From Bifidobacterium breve (GTDB lineage: Bacteria > Myxococcota_A > UBA796 > SXON01), in contig CALQBK020000001.1 of assembly GCA_943328795.2 (NCBI GenBank), forward strand, positions 17,200 through 81,199: a stretch of DNA of 64,000 nt, in the 5' to 3' direction. The notes beneath the pieces were generated by a model. That model did not search any database. It saw nothing but the letters and a program-made list of their open reading frames with translations, and was not told the origin of the DNA. This document shows, one piece after another, positions 17,276-26,000 of this stretch. The position numbers were made by a program, and so were the translations under genes. The stretch's first letter is position 1; every line of letters begins with the position of its first letter.

Positions 17276-17751
17276 TCCGTCAGCCTGAGCAGGGCGGCGC
17301 GCCCGTCCAACGTGACCGCCTTGGCGGCGGGGACCTGCAGCGGGGCGCAGCCCGCGGCCGTCGCGGCGTCCAGCGCCCGCTTGCCGGCCGCCGCGTCTAC
17401 GCGCTCGGGCAAGTCCGAGCCCGAGAAGTACAGCGGGGCCCGAGCCACGTCCACCACGGCTGGGACCACGACGACGAGCCGTCCGCTGGGGTAGCCCGTG
17501 CCGATCCGCTCGACGGGGAGCGCGCCCGCGAACAGGGTGGGCTGGTGGGTGTCGCTCGGGACCAGCCACGTAGGGTCCACGTCCAGGACGAGCAGCGTGC
17601 CGGACGTGACGTCGAGCGCGTCGGCCGACCACTCGTAGCGGTACGGGGTCGTGAGCGTAAAGGGGGTGGCGGACACGACCGAGCGAACCGCGTGACAGGC
17701 GTCAGAGTCCGGCGGGGCGGCGAGCGCCAGGTGCACGAGCAGGGGGATCAT
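17272..17751 (-). CDS. Small secreted hypothetical protein (159 aa)
   Basis: The ATG at 17751 overlaps the stop of the upstream hydrolase gene (ATGA). Signal-like N-terminus MIPLLVHLALAAPP. High GC3. Confidence 0.65.
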   Translation of the reverse strand: MIPLLVHLALAAPPDSDACHAVRSVVSATPFTLTTPYRYEWSADALDVTSGTLLVLDVDPTWLVPSDTHQPTLFAGALPVERIGTGYPSGRLVVVVPAVVDVARAPLYFSGSDLPERVDAAAGKRALDAATAAGCAPLQVPAAKAVTLDGRAALLRLTD

Positions 17752-20093
17752 CGCGAGAGCTCCACGTTGTCGAGCCCGATGGCCCCGGGGGCGGTCCCGA
17801 CGCCGCCGAAGTCCAGCCGCACCGTCGCGATGCGCGAGAGGTCGAGCATCGAGCCGACGGTGAAGTCCGCGAGCGGCACGCGGACGGTGACGAACTCGTC
17901 GGCCCAGCCGGCGCCGGTGCCGCCGTCGGTACGCTGGTAGGGCTCGGGGGCCTCGCCTTGGTCTGCGAAGTCGACGTGCCCTTCGACGCCGTCCTCGTCC
18001 ACGAGCGTGATCCCAAAGGCGAGGGGGCCGGCGACCGCGACCGTGTTCGGGTGGCGGCTCAGCTGGGCGTACGACACCGCCAGCGTCGTCCACGCCGTGG
18101 TGTCGGCCTGGTCGGCGACGACCGCCAGCGACCACGACGCGGCGCCCGTCCACGAGAACGTCGCGCCCCGCGCGCGGTCGATGTACGTCGTCGCGTGGGT
18201 CATGCCGTTCATCGGGTCGTCGGCGCTCCAGGTGAATTGCGAGTCGGCGTCCTCGAGCTTGTCCTCCGCCAGCTCGTCCACGGTTGCCGTCACGGCGCCG
18301 CCCGAGCTGGCCACCCGCGTGTCGTCCTCCTCCTGGAAGTCGTCGAACACCGGCGCGCCTACGCTCTCGGCGTCGCGGTACGTGTTGGCCAAGATGACGC
18401 CCGCGCCGGCCCCGGAGGGCGTGAACCCCGCGTACTCGCGCCGGAACACGTCTAGCAGCGACGCGTCGTCGTCCAGCCACGCGCCCGCCATCGCCAAGAA
18501 GTACCCGCGCGCGATCACCTGCGCCTCGTCCCGCCCGATCAGGTCCGGGCCCGTCGCGTCGTCGAACCCGCAGCAGTTGAAGTCGTTGTGCCCTGCGCCG
18601 TGCACGTACGCGGACGCCTTGGGCCCCGTGCCGGCCTCCCAGATCCGGTAGAAGTCGCACTCGTCGCAGTCCACGCCCCCGTTCACGTCGCCGTCGGCCG
18701 TACCGGCGATCAGGAAGTACGGCACGTCGTGCGGGTCGGAGTCCGTGACCTCGTAGAACACCGTCGGCGCGATGCTCGTGATCACGCGGATGTCGTCGGT
18801 TGTGAACTCCTCCGGGGTCGACTCGCCCTCGATCATCCGGTCGTACGCGCGCACGACGCCTTCCCCCCCGCGAGAGTGGCCGATCCACCCGATCCGGGTC
18901 CCGTCGATCAGCCCGGCGAGCGCGCCGCCGGCGATGGTGTCCTGGTTCGCGAGCAGGTAGTCGGTGTTGCTGAGGGTCGTCTTCGACGCCGCGTTGATCC
19001 CGGGCCCCGTGTTGTTCTCGTGGGCCATCACGACGTAGCCCCAGCTCGCCAAGTGCTCGCCGATGTAGTCGTACCAGGTGAACTGGTGGCCGTTCCCGTG
19101 GGAGATCACGACCAGCGGCCGCGGGCCCATCGTCGCGAGGTCCGAAGGCCAGTAGATCCGCTCGCCGAGGAACGAGCCGCCGTCGATGTCCACCTGCTCC
19201 ACCGCGTGGGGGCCCGACAGCGACAGGTCGCCGACCATCGAGAACCCGAACGCTTCCCCGGGCCCGTCGACCAGGTCACCGGGGTCGAGCGTCCCGTCGT
19301 CCCCGAAGTCGACCACGACGTCGTAGCGCTCGGTCGGGTGGTCGACGACGAGCGGGGGTGTCGACCAGGCCTCGACCTGGAGCAGCCCGGACTCGGGGAC
19401 CGTGCCGGCTTCGACGGCGCCGGTCACGTCGACGAGCGACGGGTCGGTCCCCCACTCGTCCGCCGTCTTGTGCGCGGTGACGTACACGTGAAAGGGCAAG
19501 CCGACGCGGTCCGCGTACCGGTCGGCGTCGATGCCGACGTAGACCGGGTCGACGTCTCGGTAACTCTCGACGTGCTCCCAGCCGGGCGCGAGGGAGCGGG
19601 GCCGCCCGGCGAGGGACGCCGGCGGGATCGCCTCCAGGTCGAGCGTAGCGTCGTACGCGCAGGGCAACGTGCCGCCCGCAAAACGCGCAGTCAACGTGGC
19701 GGGGCCGGAGCCCGTCGCGACGAGGTAGACGGTCGCGGGCAGCGTTGACACCGTCGTCACCGGCGCGCCGTCCGCGTCGAGCACGCTGACCGGGCCATCG
19801 ATCACGAGCTCAACCGTGCCGACCTGGCCGGGCAAGCCGACCTCGACCGCCCGCGAGCGAAGGGCCCCGCTGCTGGCTGGCTCGACCCGCACGGGCGAGC
19901 CGTTCGAGTACAGCGCGGTCAAGCTGGGGGTGCACGCGACGCAGCCTTCGCCGGTGACGCACACGGCGTCATCGGCGCAGGTCTCGACGACGGCGCCGTC
20001 GCTCGTGACCAGGTCGGCGCCGTCGCAGGTCGTGGAGGTGTCCACCGGGTCCGGCTTCCCGTGGCAGCCGAGCAACGCAAGGAGCAGGATCAC
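17748..20093 (-). CDS. Alpha/beta-hydrolase lipoprotein with N-terminal Ig-like region and C-terminal carbohydrate-binding-module-like domain
   Basis: The GTG at 20093 gives (M)ILLLALLGC (lipobox). Nucleophile-elbow GHSRGG lies after VVISHGNGH. The C-terminal beta-sandwich ends ...VRLDFGGVGTAPGAIGLDNVELSR. The 5' 280 codons of the track ORF (to 20939) are non-genic extension. Confidence 0.75.
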   Translation of the reverse strand: MILLLALLGCHGKPDPVDTSTTCDGADLVTSDGAVVETCADDAVCVTGEGCVACTPSLTALYSNGSPVRVEPASSGALRSRAVEVGLPGQVGTVELVIDGPVSVLDADGAPVTTVSTLPATVYLVATGSGPATLTARFAGGTLPCAYDATLDLEAIPPASLAGRPRSLAPGWEHVESYRDVDPVYVGIDADRYADRVGLPFHVYVTAHKTADEWGTDPSLVDVTGAVEAGTVPESGLLQVEAWSTPPLVVDHPTERYDVVVDFGDDGTLDPGDLVDGPGEAFGFSMVGDLSLSGPHAVEQVDIDGGSFLGERIYWPSDLATMGPRPLVVISHGNGHQFTWYDYIGEHLASWGYVVMAHENNTGPGINAASKTTLSNTDYLLANQDTIAGGALAGLIDGTRIGWIGHSRGGEGVVRAYDRMIEGESTPEEFTTDDIRVITSIAPTVFYEVTDSDPHDVPYFLIAGTADGDVNGGVDCDECDFYRIWEAGTGPKASAYVHGAGHNDFNCCGFDDATGPDLIGRDEAQVIARGYFLAMAGAWLDDDASLLDVFRREYAGFTPSGAGAGVILANTYRDAESVGAPVFDDFQEEDDTRVASSGGAVTATVDELAEDKLEDADSQFTWSADDPMNGMTHATTYIDRARGATFSWTGAASWSLAVVADQADTTAWTTLAVSYAQLSRHPNTVAVAGPLAFGITLVDEDGVEGHVDFADQGEAPEPYQRTDGGTGAGWADEFVTVRVPLADFTVGSMLDLSRIATVRLDFGGVGTAPGAIGLDNVELSR

Positions 20094-20204
20094 CGTGCCC
20101 CCATGTCGCAGGCCGGGATGTAGACGCACGCGGGGACGAGGAGCAACAGCATCTCCGCCGCTGTATCCAGGCCCCGGGCCTCGAAGATGCTGTATACTCG
20201 CCGG

Positions 20205-21512
20205 ATGCGCACGTTTGCTCTCCCGTTGGTCGGATTCCCGCTGCTCCTGACCGCCTGCTCCGACTTCCAGCTCAAAGAGCAGGCGGGCGAGCCGGACCCG
20301 TTCGAGGACAACACTACGGCCCCAGACATCGACGTCTCGCCGACCGAGCTCACGTTCGCCGCGCTCGCCGCCGGGATGACCTCCGACGCGCAGGCGGTCA
20401 CCGTCGCCAACGTCGGAGACGCCGTGCTCAACCTCGACGACGTCGCGCTGGTCGACCCCACCGTGCCGTTTGCGGTGTACGAGCCCGACGCGACCGTCCT
20501 CCAGCCCGGTGAGTCCACCACGTTCGTGGTCACGTTCACGCCCGTTGGCAGCGGCGCGGTGTCCGGCCAAGTGCACGTCGAGAGCAACGACGCGGACGAG
20601 CCCATCGTCGGCGTCGACCTCGCCGGCTCGGGGCTTGCCCCGGAGATCACCATCGATCCCGAGCTGTACGACTTCGGCACGCTCGAGTACGCCGCGACCG
20701 CGAGCGTAGACGTCACGGTCCGAAACGACGGGGACGCCGACCTGCAAATCACCGACATCGAGTACACCACGACCAGCGCGGAGCTGAGCATGCGGGCGAC
20801 CGCCGGCGCGCTCACCCTGGCCCCTGGGGAGTCCACCACCGTCACGGTCGACTACGCGCCCACTGACGACGTCGCCGACGAGGGCTACTTCACCGTGTAC
20901 TCGAACGACCCGGACGAGGCGATCGCGTACGGCAACCAAATCGGAAACGGGCGGGTGTTCGAGGGGTTCTCCACGGGTTGGTACATCGTGGACGACTCGA
21001 CCAACTACGAGACGACCTCCAACTCGTTGTACTCGGTGAGCTCCTACGGCGACCCCGACGGGTATTGGTACGAGCCCTCAGGCGCGCACGGGCTCGTCGC
21101 GAGCGCGGACCCGGAGACCGACTTTGCGACGATGCACGACTACGTGATCGCGCGGGCGGGCGCCCCGACGCCGGTGACCGCGCCGCTGAGCTTCTACACG
21201 ACGAGCACCGTGCCTGCGTTCTCCTACGCGTCGTTCAGCTACATCCTGTGCGACTTCTGGATTGACTCGACGGACGATCCGAACTTGTACGAAGTGCGCG
21301 CGGGCACGGACGACGACGGGGCCCAAGTGATGGTCAACGGGCAGATCATGACCAACTGGTACCTCGGCGCGGCCGGGAGCGTGAACATTGGGTCGGCGAT
21401 CCGGGCGGGAGAGGTGAACTCGCTGATCGTCATCCTGATGGACAACTCTGCGTCCGACAAGTACATCACGGACCTGGGGTTCTACCGGGACGGCGTGTTC
21501 GTCAGCGGGTAG
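20205..21512 (+). CDS. Lipoprotein with two ASH/choice-of-anchor-D-like beta-sandwich domains and a PA14-like C-terminal domain
   Basis: The ATG at 20205 gives MRTFALPLVGFPLLLTAC (an in-frame ATG at 20187 is also possible). Two repeats of the pattern L.F......S....V.V.N.G...L.I..I (VSPTELTFAALAAGMTSDAQAVTVANVGDAVLNL; IDPELYDFGTLEYAATASVDVTVRNDGDADLQI). The C-terminal domain reads ...EVRAGTDDDGAQVMVNGQIM.... Confidence 0.75.
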   Translation: MRTFALPLVGFPLLLTACSDFQLKEQAGEPDPFEDNTTAPDIDVSPTELTFAALAAGMTSDAQAVTVANVGDAVLNLDDVALVDPTVPFAVYEPDATVLQPGESTTFVVTFTPVGSGAVSGQVHVESNDADEPIVGVDLAGSGLAPEITIDPELYDFGTLEYAATASVDVTVRNDGDADLQITDIEYTTTSAELSMRATAGALTLAPGESTTVTVDYAPTDDVADEGYFTVYSNDPDEAIAYGNQIGNGRVFEGFSTGWYIVDDSTNYETTSNSLYSVSSYGDPDGYWYEPSGAHGLVASADPETDFATMHDYVIARAGAPTPVTAPLSFYTTSTVPAFSYASFSYILCDFWIDSTDDPNLYEVRAGTDDDGAQVMVNGQIMTNWYLGAAGSVNIGSAIRAGEVNSLIVILMDNSASDKYITDLGFYRDGVFVSG

Positions 21513-22869
21513 CGCCGCGGGCATAGGCCCAGGTGCGGGCGCGCTCGAACGGCAAGCGGCCGAGGTGCCAGGGCAAACGCGCGGCCCCACGCAGCGTAGG
21601 TTGGTCGACGAAGCGCGCGACGGCGTGCTCGGCCCTCAACACCTCGCGTGCGGCGTCGTAGAACGCTTGGGGGTACGGGCTGCGGAACAGCAGGCGGTTC
21701 TCCATCGACCCCGCCCAACGTGCGTCGGGGATCGAGGCCCCCGGCTGCTCGGCCATCACCCTGTCGAAGAACGCTGTGCCGGGCAGCGGGTAGCTGACGG
21801 ACACGCCAATCTCGGCCGGGCGCAGCTCACGCACCATCCGCACGGTCTGCAGCACGTCCTCGTAGCGCTCGCCCGGGTAGCCGAGCTGCAAGAAAAAGCC
21901 CGTGCGGATGCCCGCGCGCCGCAACAAGCCCGCGGCTTGGCGGATCTCGGCGACGGTGCCATCCTTGTCCATCGCCTTGAGCACCGCGTCGCTGCCGCTC
22001 TCCGCGCCAAGCCAAACCTCGGCGGCGCCGGCCCTCGCCAAGTCGGCGACGACGCGCTCGTCGGTCAACAGGTCCGCGCGGGACAAGCAGCGGAAGGGAA
22101 GGGGGCTCGGCTCGGCGAGGTCTGCGTAGCGGGTGAGCCAATCCTTGTGAATGCCGAAGATGTCGTCGGTGAACCACAGCCGGTCGGGCGCGTACGCCGC
22201 GCGCAGCGCTCGGACCTCGGCCCAGACCTCGTCCGCCGGGCGGACCGTGTACCGCCGACCCCACGTCGGCTTCGCGCACCAGTTGCACCGGAAGGGGCAC
22301 CCGCGCGCCGTCGAGACGTTCACCTCCCACGTCCCGTGCGCGGCCCTCCACGTGGCGGCGTAGGTGGCCATGTCCACCCGCCCCCAGGCCGGGTGTGGCA
22401 GCCCCACGAGGCTCGTGCGCGGGGTTCGAGGCGGGGGCAACGGCTCGCCTCTCGCCCACGCGGCTACCGTGGTGTCGTGCTCGCCGATGACGGCCGTGAC
22501 CCCCGGTCGCGCGTACTCGGTTGGGTGGTCGGAGACGTCGGGCCCGGCGACGAGCACGGACGCGCCTGCGTCCGTGGCCATCGTGGCCATCTCCAGCGCC
22601 GCGGTACGCCACACCGAGAGGCACATCTTCTGCGAGATGTTGTGCGGGTCCGCGAGGATCGCGACCCGGCGCGGGGTGTGCCCCGCGAGCGCCGCGCGGA
22701 AGTCCTCGACCCGGCCGAACGTGCCGTCGTACACCGCGACGTCGTGCCCGGCGGCCTCGAGCTCCGCCGCGGTGACCAAGAGCCCCAGCGGTGGGTGCGG
22801 CTTGCGCTCGGCCTTCGCCCGCGGGTCGAGCGCGAGGTGAAGGCTGTGTGCGAGGAGGAGCTCCGCCAT
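21502..22869 (-). CDS. B12-binding-domain radical SAM protein
   Basis: N-terminal Rossmann-like B12-binding region (PPLGLLVTAAELEAAGHDVAVYD). Radical SAM cluster motif CPFRCNWC. GAESGSD and the elongated C-terminal region are typical of class B rSAM enzymes. Confidence 0.9.
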   Translation of the reverse strand: MAELLLAHSLHLALDPRAKAERKPHPPLGLLVTAAELEAAGHDVAVYDGTFGRVEDFRAALAGHTPRRVAILADPHNISQKMCLSVWRTAALEMATMATDAGASVLVAGPDVSDHPTEYARPGVTAVIGEHDTTVAAWARGEPLPPPRTPRTSLVGLPHPAWGRVDMATYAATWRAAHGTWEVNVSTARGCPFRCNWCAKPTWGRRYTVRPADEVWAEVRALRAAYAPDRLWFTDDIFGIHKDWLTRYADLAEPSPLPFRCLSRADLLTDERVVADLARAGAAEVWLGAESGSDAVLKAMDKDGTVAEIRQAAGLLRRAGIRTGFFLQLGYPGERYEDVLQTVRMVRELRPAEIGVSVSYPLPGTAFFDRVMAEQPGASIPDARWAGSMENRLLFRSPYPQAFYDAAREVLRAEHAVARFVDQPTLRGAARLPWHLGRLPFERARTWAYARGATR

Positions 22870-23016
22870 GGGGGGCCGATAACGCGAGGCGGGGAGCGGC
22901 GGGCCGGCACGTGAGCAGCGTGGGCGCGGCGTCTCCGCGCTCCGCCGGCTCGCCCCGCGCCCCGCCGGCTCTCGGCGCTCTCCGTGGTAGACTCCACGCC
23001 TCTCGGAGCTACCGCC

Positions 23017-26000
23017 ATGTCCCGTCTCCTGCCCGCGTCCCTTCGTGTTGGCCTCTTGCTCGGCATCGGCGTGATCGGCACCACCGCCCGCGCCGGCTCG
23101 TTCACCGTAGACAAGTCCGGGAGCGGCGACTACACCTCGATCCAGGCCGCGATCAACGCATCGTCCAGCGGCGACGTGATCACCGTCAACGCCGGCACCT
23201 ACTACGAGTACGTGAGCTTCGGCGGCAAGAACGTCACGGTGCAGTCTGCCTCGGGCTCGGCGAGCACGATCATCTCCGCGCCGGGCTCCACCAGCGCGGC
23301 GGTCACGTTCTCCAGCTCGGAGACCGCGAGCGCGGTGCTCGATGGGTTCACGGTCACCAACCCGTCCTCCGGCGGGCGCGGCATCCGGATCAGCTCCGCG
23401 AGCCCGACGATCCGCAACAGCAAGCTCTCGTTGAACGGCACGGCGTACTCCGGCTCGGGCGGCGGGGCGTACATCTCGGGGGGCTCCCCAACCTTCGACA
23501 CCGTCACGTTCTCAGACAACCAAGCCTACTACGGCGGGGACGTGTACGTGGACACGTACGGCGCGCCGACCTTCCAGAGCTGCACGTTCTCCAGCTCGCA
23601 GGCCTACTACGGGGCCGGCATCTACGCGAGCTACGGCTACCCGGAGGTGTACGACTCCGAGGTGAGTGGCGAGTACTCCGCGTACTACGGCGCGTTCCTG
23701 TACGGCACCTACTCTGCGATCGTGTTGGACACGGTGAACGTGCACGACAACTACGGGTACTACGGCCACGGCGGCGCGGTGTACATCGAGAACTACTCGA
23801 CGTTGAACGTGGTCGACTCGGACTTCACCGGGAACTACGCCCAAGCCTACGGCTCTGGCTACGCGGGCGGCGCGATCTACACGTACAACCACTCGGATCT
23901 CACGGTCGCCGGGTCCACGTTCTCGTCCAACTACAACTACTACGGCGGTGCGATCTACGGGAACCACTACGGCACGTTCACCATCACCGACTCGACGTTC
24001 TCGGACAACTACGCGATCCAGGGCGCCGGCATCTACGTGTCCGACAACATGACGCTGAACACGTCGAACGACACGTTCGACACCAACCACGCGGCCTACT
24101 ACGGCGGCGGGCTGTTCATCTACAACACGAGCACCTGGACGGACGCCGGGTCCACCTTCGACTCCAACTACACCACCAGCTACTACGGCGGCGCCGTCTA
24201 CTCGGACTACTACGTGCACCACACGTGGGACGGCACGGTGTTCTCGAACAACACCTCGGGCTCGCACGGCGGCGCTGCGTACATCTACCGGAACGTGTAC
24301 GACGTGACGATGACGGACGTGACGATGACGGACAACACCGCGGCGGGGTCCGGCGGCGGCGTGTACTTCGACTCCGCGTACAACGTGTCGATCACGAGCT
24401 CCACGTTCACGGGCAACGCCTCCACAGGCGGCACGGGCGGGGCGCTGCGTTGGGACTACGCGAGCGCGTACGTGTACGACCTGTCCGTGCAGACCTCGGT
24501 GTTCGACCAGAACACGGCCTGCTACTGGGGTGGCGGCATCTACATGCACGCGCCCGAGACGTTCACGGCGGACGAGAGCGTGTTCACGCGCAACCAAGCC
24601 AACACCTGCGGCTCCGGCTACCACGGTGGGGCGCTCGCCGTTTACGGGTCGCACAACACGGTGATCACCAACAACCTGTTCCACGACAACTCGGCGTACT
24701 ACGGTGGCGCGGTGTACCAATACGCGAACTCCACCGCCGACACGATGCGGAACAACGTGTTCACCGAGAACTACGCGTCGTACTCGGGCGGGGCGGTGTA
24801 CGAGACAAGCGTGTCGGTGCTCGGCATCGTGAACAACACCTTCGCGGGGAATGAGGCCTACTATTACGGTGGCCACTTGTTCCAAGCCAGCAGCTATGGC
24901 GACATCGTCAACAACATCTTCTACCTCGCGATCGACGGTGGCGGGGTGTATGCGGACGACTCCACGTCTGCGTCGACGACCTACACGGACTTCTACTACA
25001 ACGACGTGTACGGCAACTCGGGGGGCGACTACGCCGGGTCGTACTCGAGCCACACCGGCACGTCGGGCAACATCTCGGCGGATCCTGCGTTGGGCGCCTA
25101 CTCGATCGACGGGAACGAGGACAACGACGACTTCACGCTGAACACGGGCTCGCCGTGCTTGAACACCGGTTCTCCGTCGTTGTTCGACACGGACGGGAGC
25201 CGGTCGGACATGGGCGCGTACGGCGGCGCAGGGGCGATCATCCCCGACGTCGACGGCGACGGGTACTCCACGCCGGAGGACTGCGACGACTCCGCGGCGA
25301 GCGTGTACCCGGGCGCCCCCGAGGTGGCCTACGACGGTGTCGACCAAGACTGCGACGGCAGCGACCTCGTGGACGCGGACAGCGACGGCTACGACGCCAC
25401 GAGCGCGGGTGGCACCGACTGCGACGACACGTCGTCCGCAGTGCACCCCGGCGCGGCGGACGCTTGGTACGACGGCGTCGACTCCAACTGTGACGGCGCG
25501 AGCGACTACGACAAGGACGCGGACGGCTACACGTCTGCCTCGTACGGCGGCACGGACTGCGACGACGCCTCTGCGAGCGTGCACCCCGGCGCGACGGACG
25601 CTTGGTACGACGGCGTCGACTCCAACTGTGACGGCGCCGACGACTACGACAAGGACGCCGACGGCTACACGTCGTCCTCGTACGGCGGCACGGACTGCGA
25701 CGACGCCTCCGCGTCCACGCACCCCGGCGCGGCCGACGCTTGGTACGACGGCGTTGACTCCAATTGCGACGGCGCCAACGACAACGACGCCGACGGGGAC
25801 GGTCATGCCTCCGATGCCCACGGCGGGGACGACTGCAACGACGCGGTCGCCACGACCTACCCTGGGGCAGCGGACGCTTGGTACGACGGCGTGGACTCCA
25901 ACTGTGACGGCGCCGACGACTACGACCAGGACGGCGATGGCTACACGTCCACGGCGTCGGGCGGGGACGATTGCGCGGACACCAACTCGGCGATCCACCC

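Noticed and set aside
14927-17632. 901-aa minus-strand ORF spanning the ACAD, B12-domain and AAA+ region
   Set aside because: It is antisense to three well-supported + strand genes. The composition is Arg/Pro/Gly-rich low complexity, typical of open antisense frames in 70% GC DNA.
22987-22995. Shared 9-mer GTAGACTCC upstream of two secreted-protein genes (22987-22995 and 57927-57935) as a possible common regulatory motif
   Set aside because: A single 9-mer coincidence is expected many times over in 128 kb of two-strand sequence. The distance to the start codon also differs (22 nt versus 5 nt). There is no further support.
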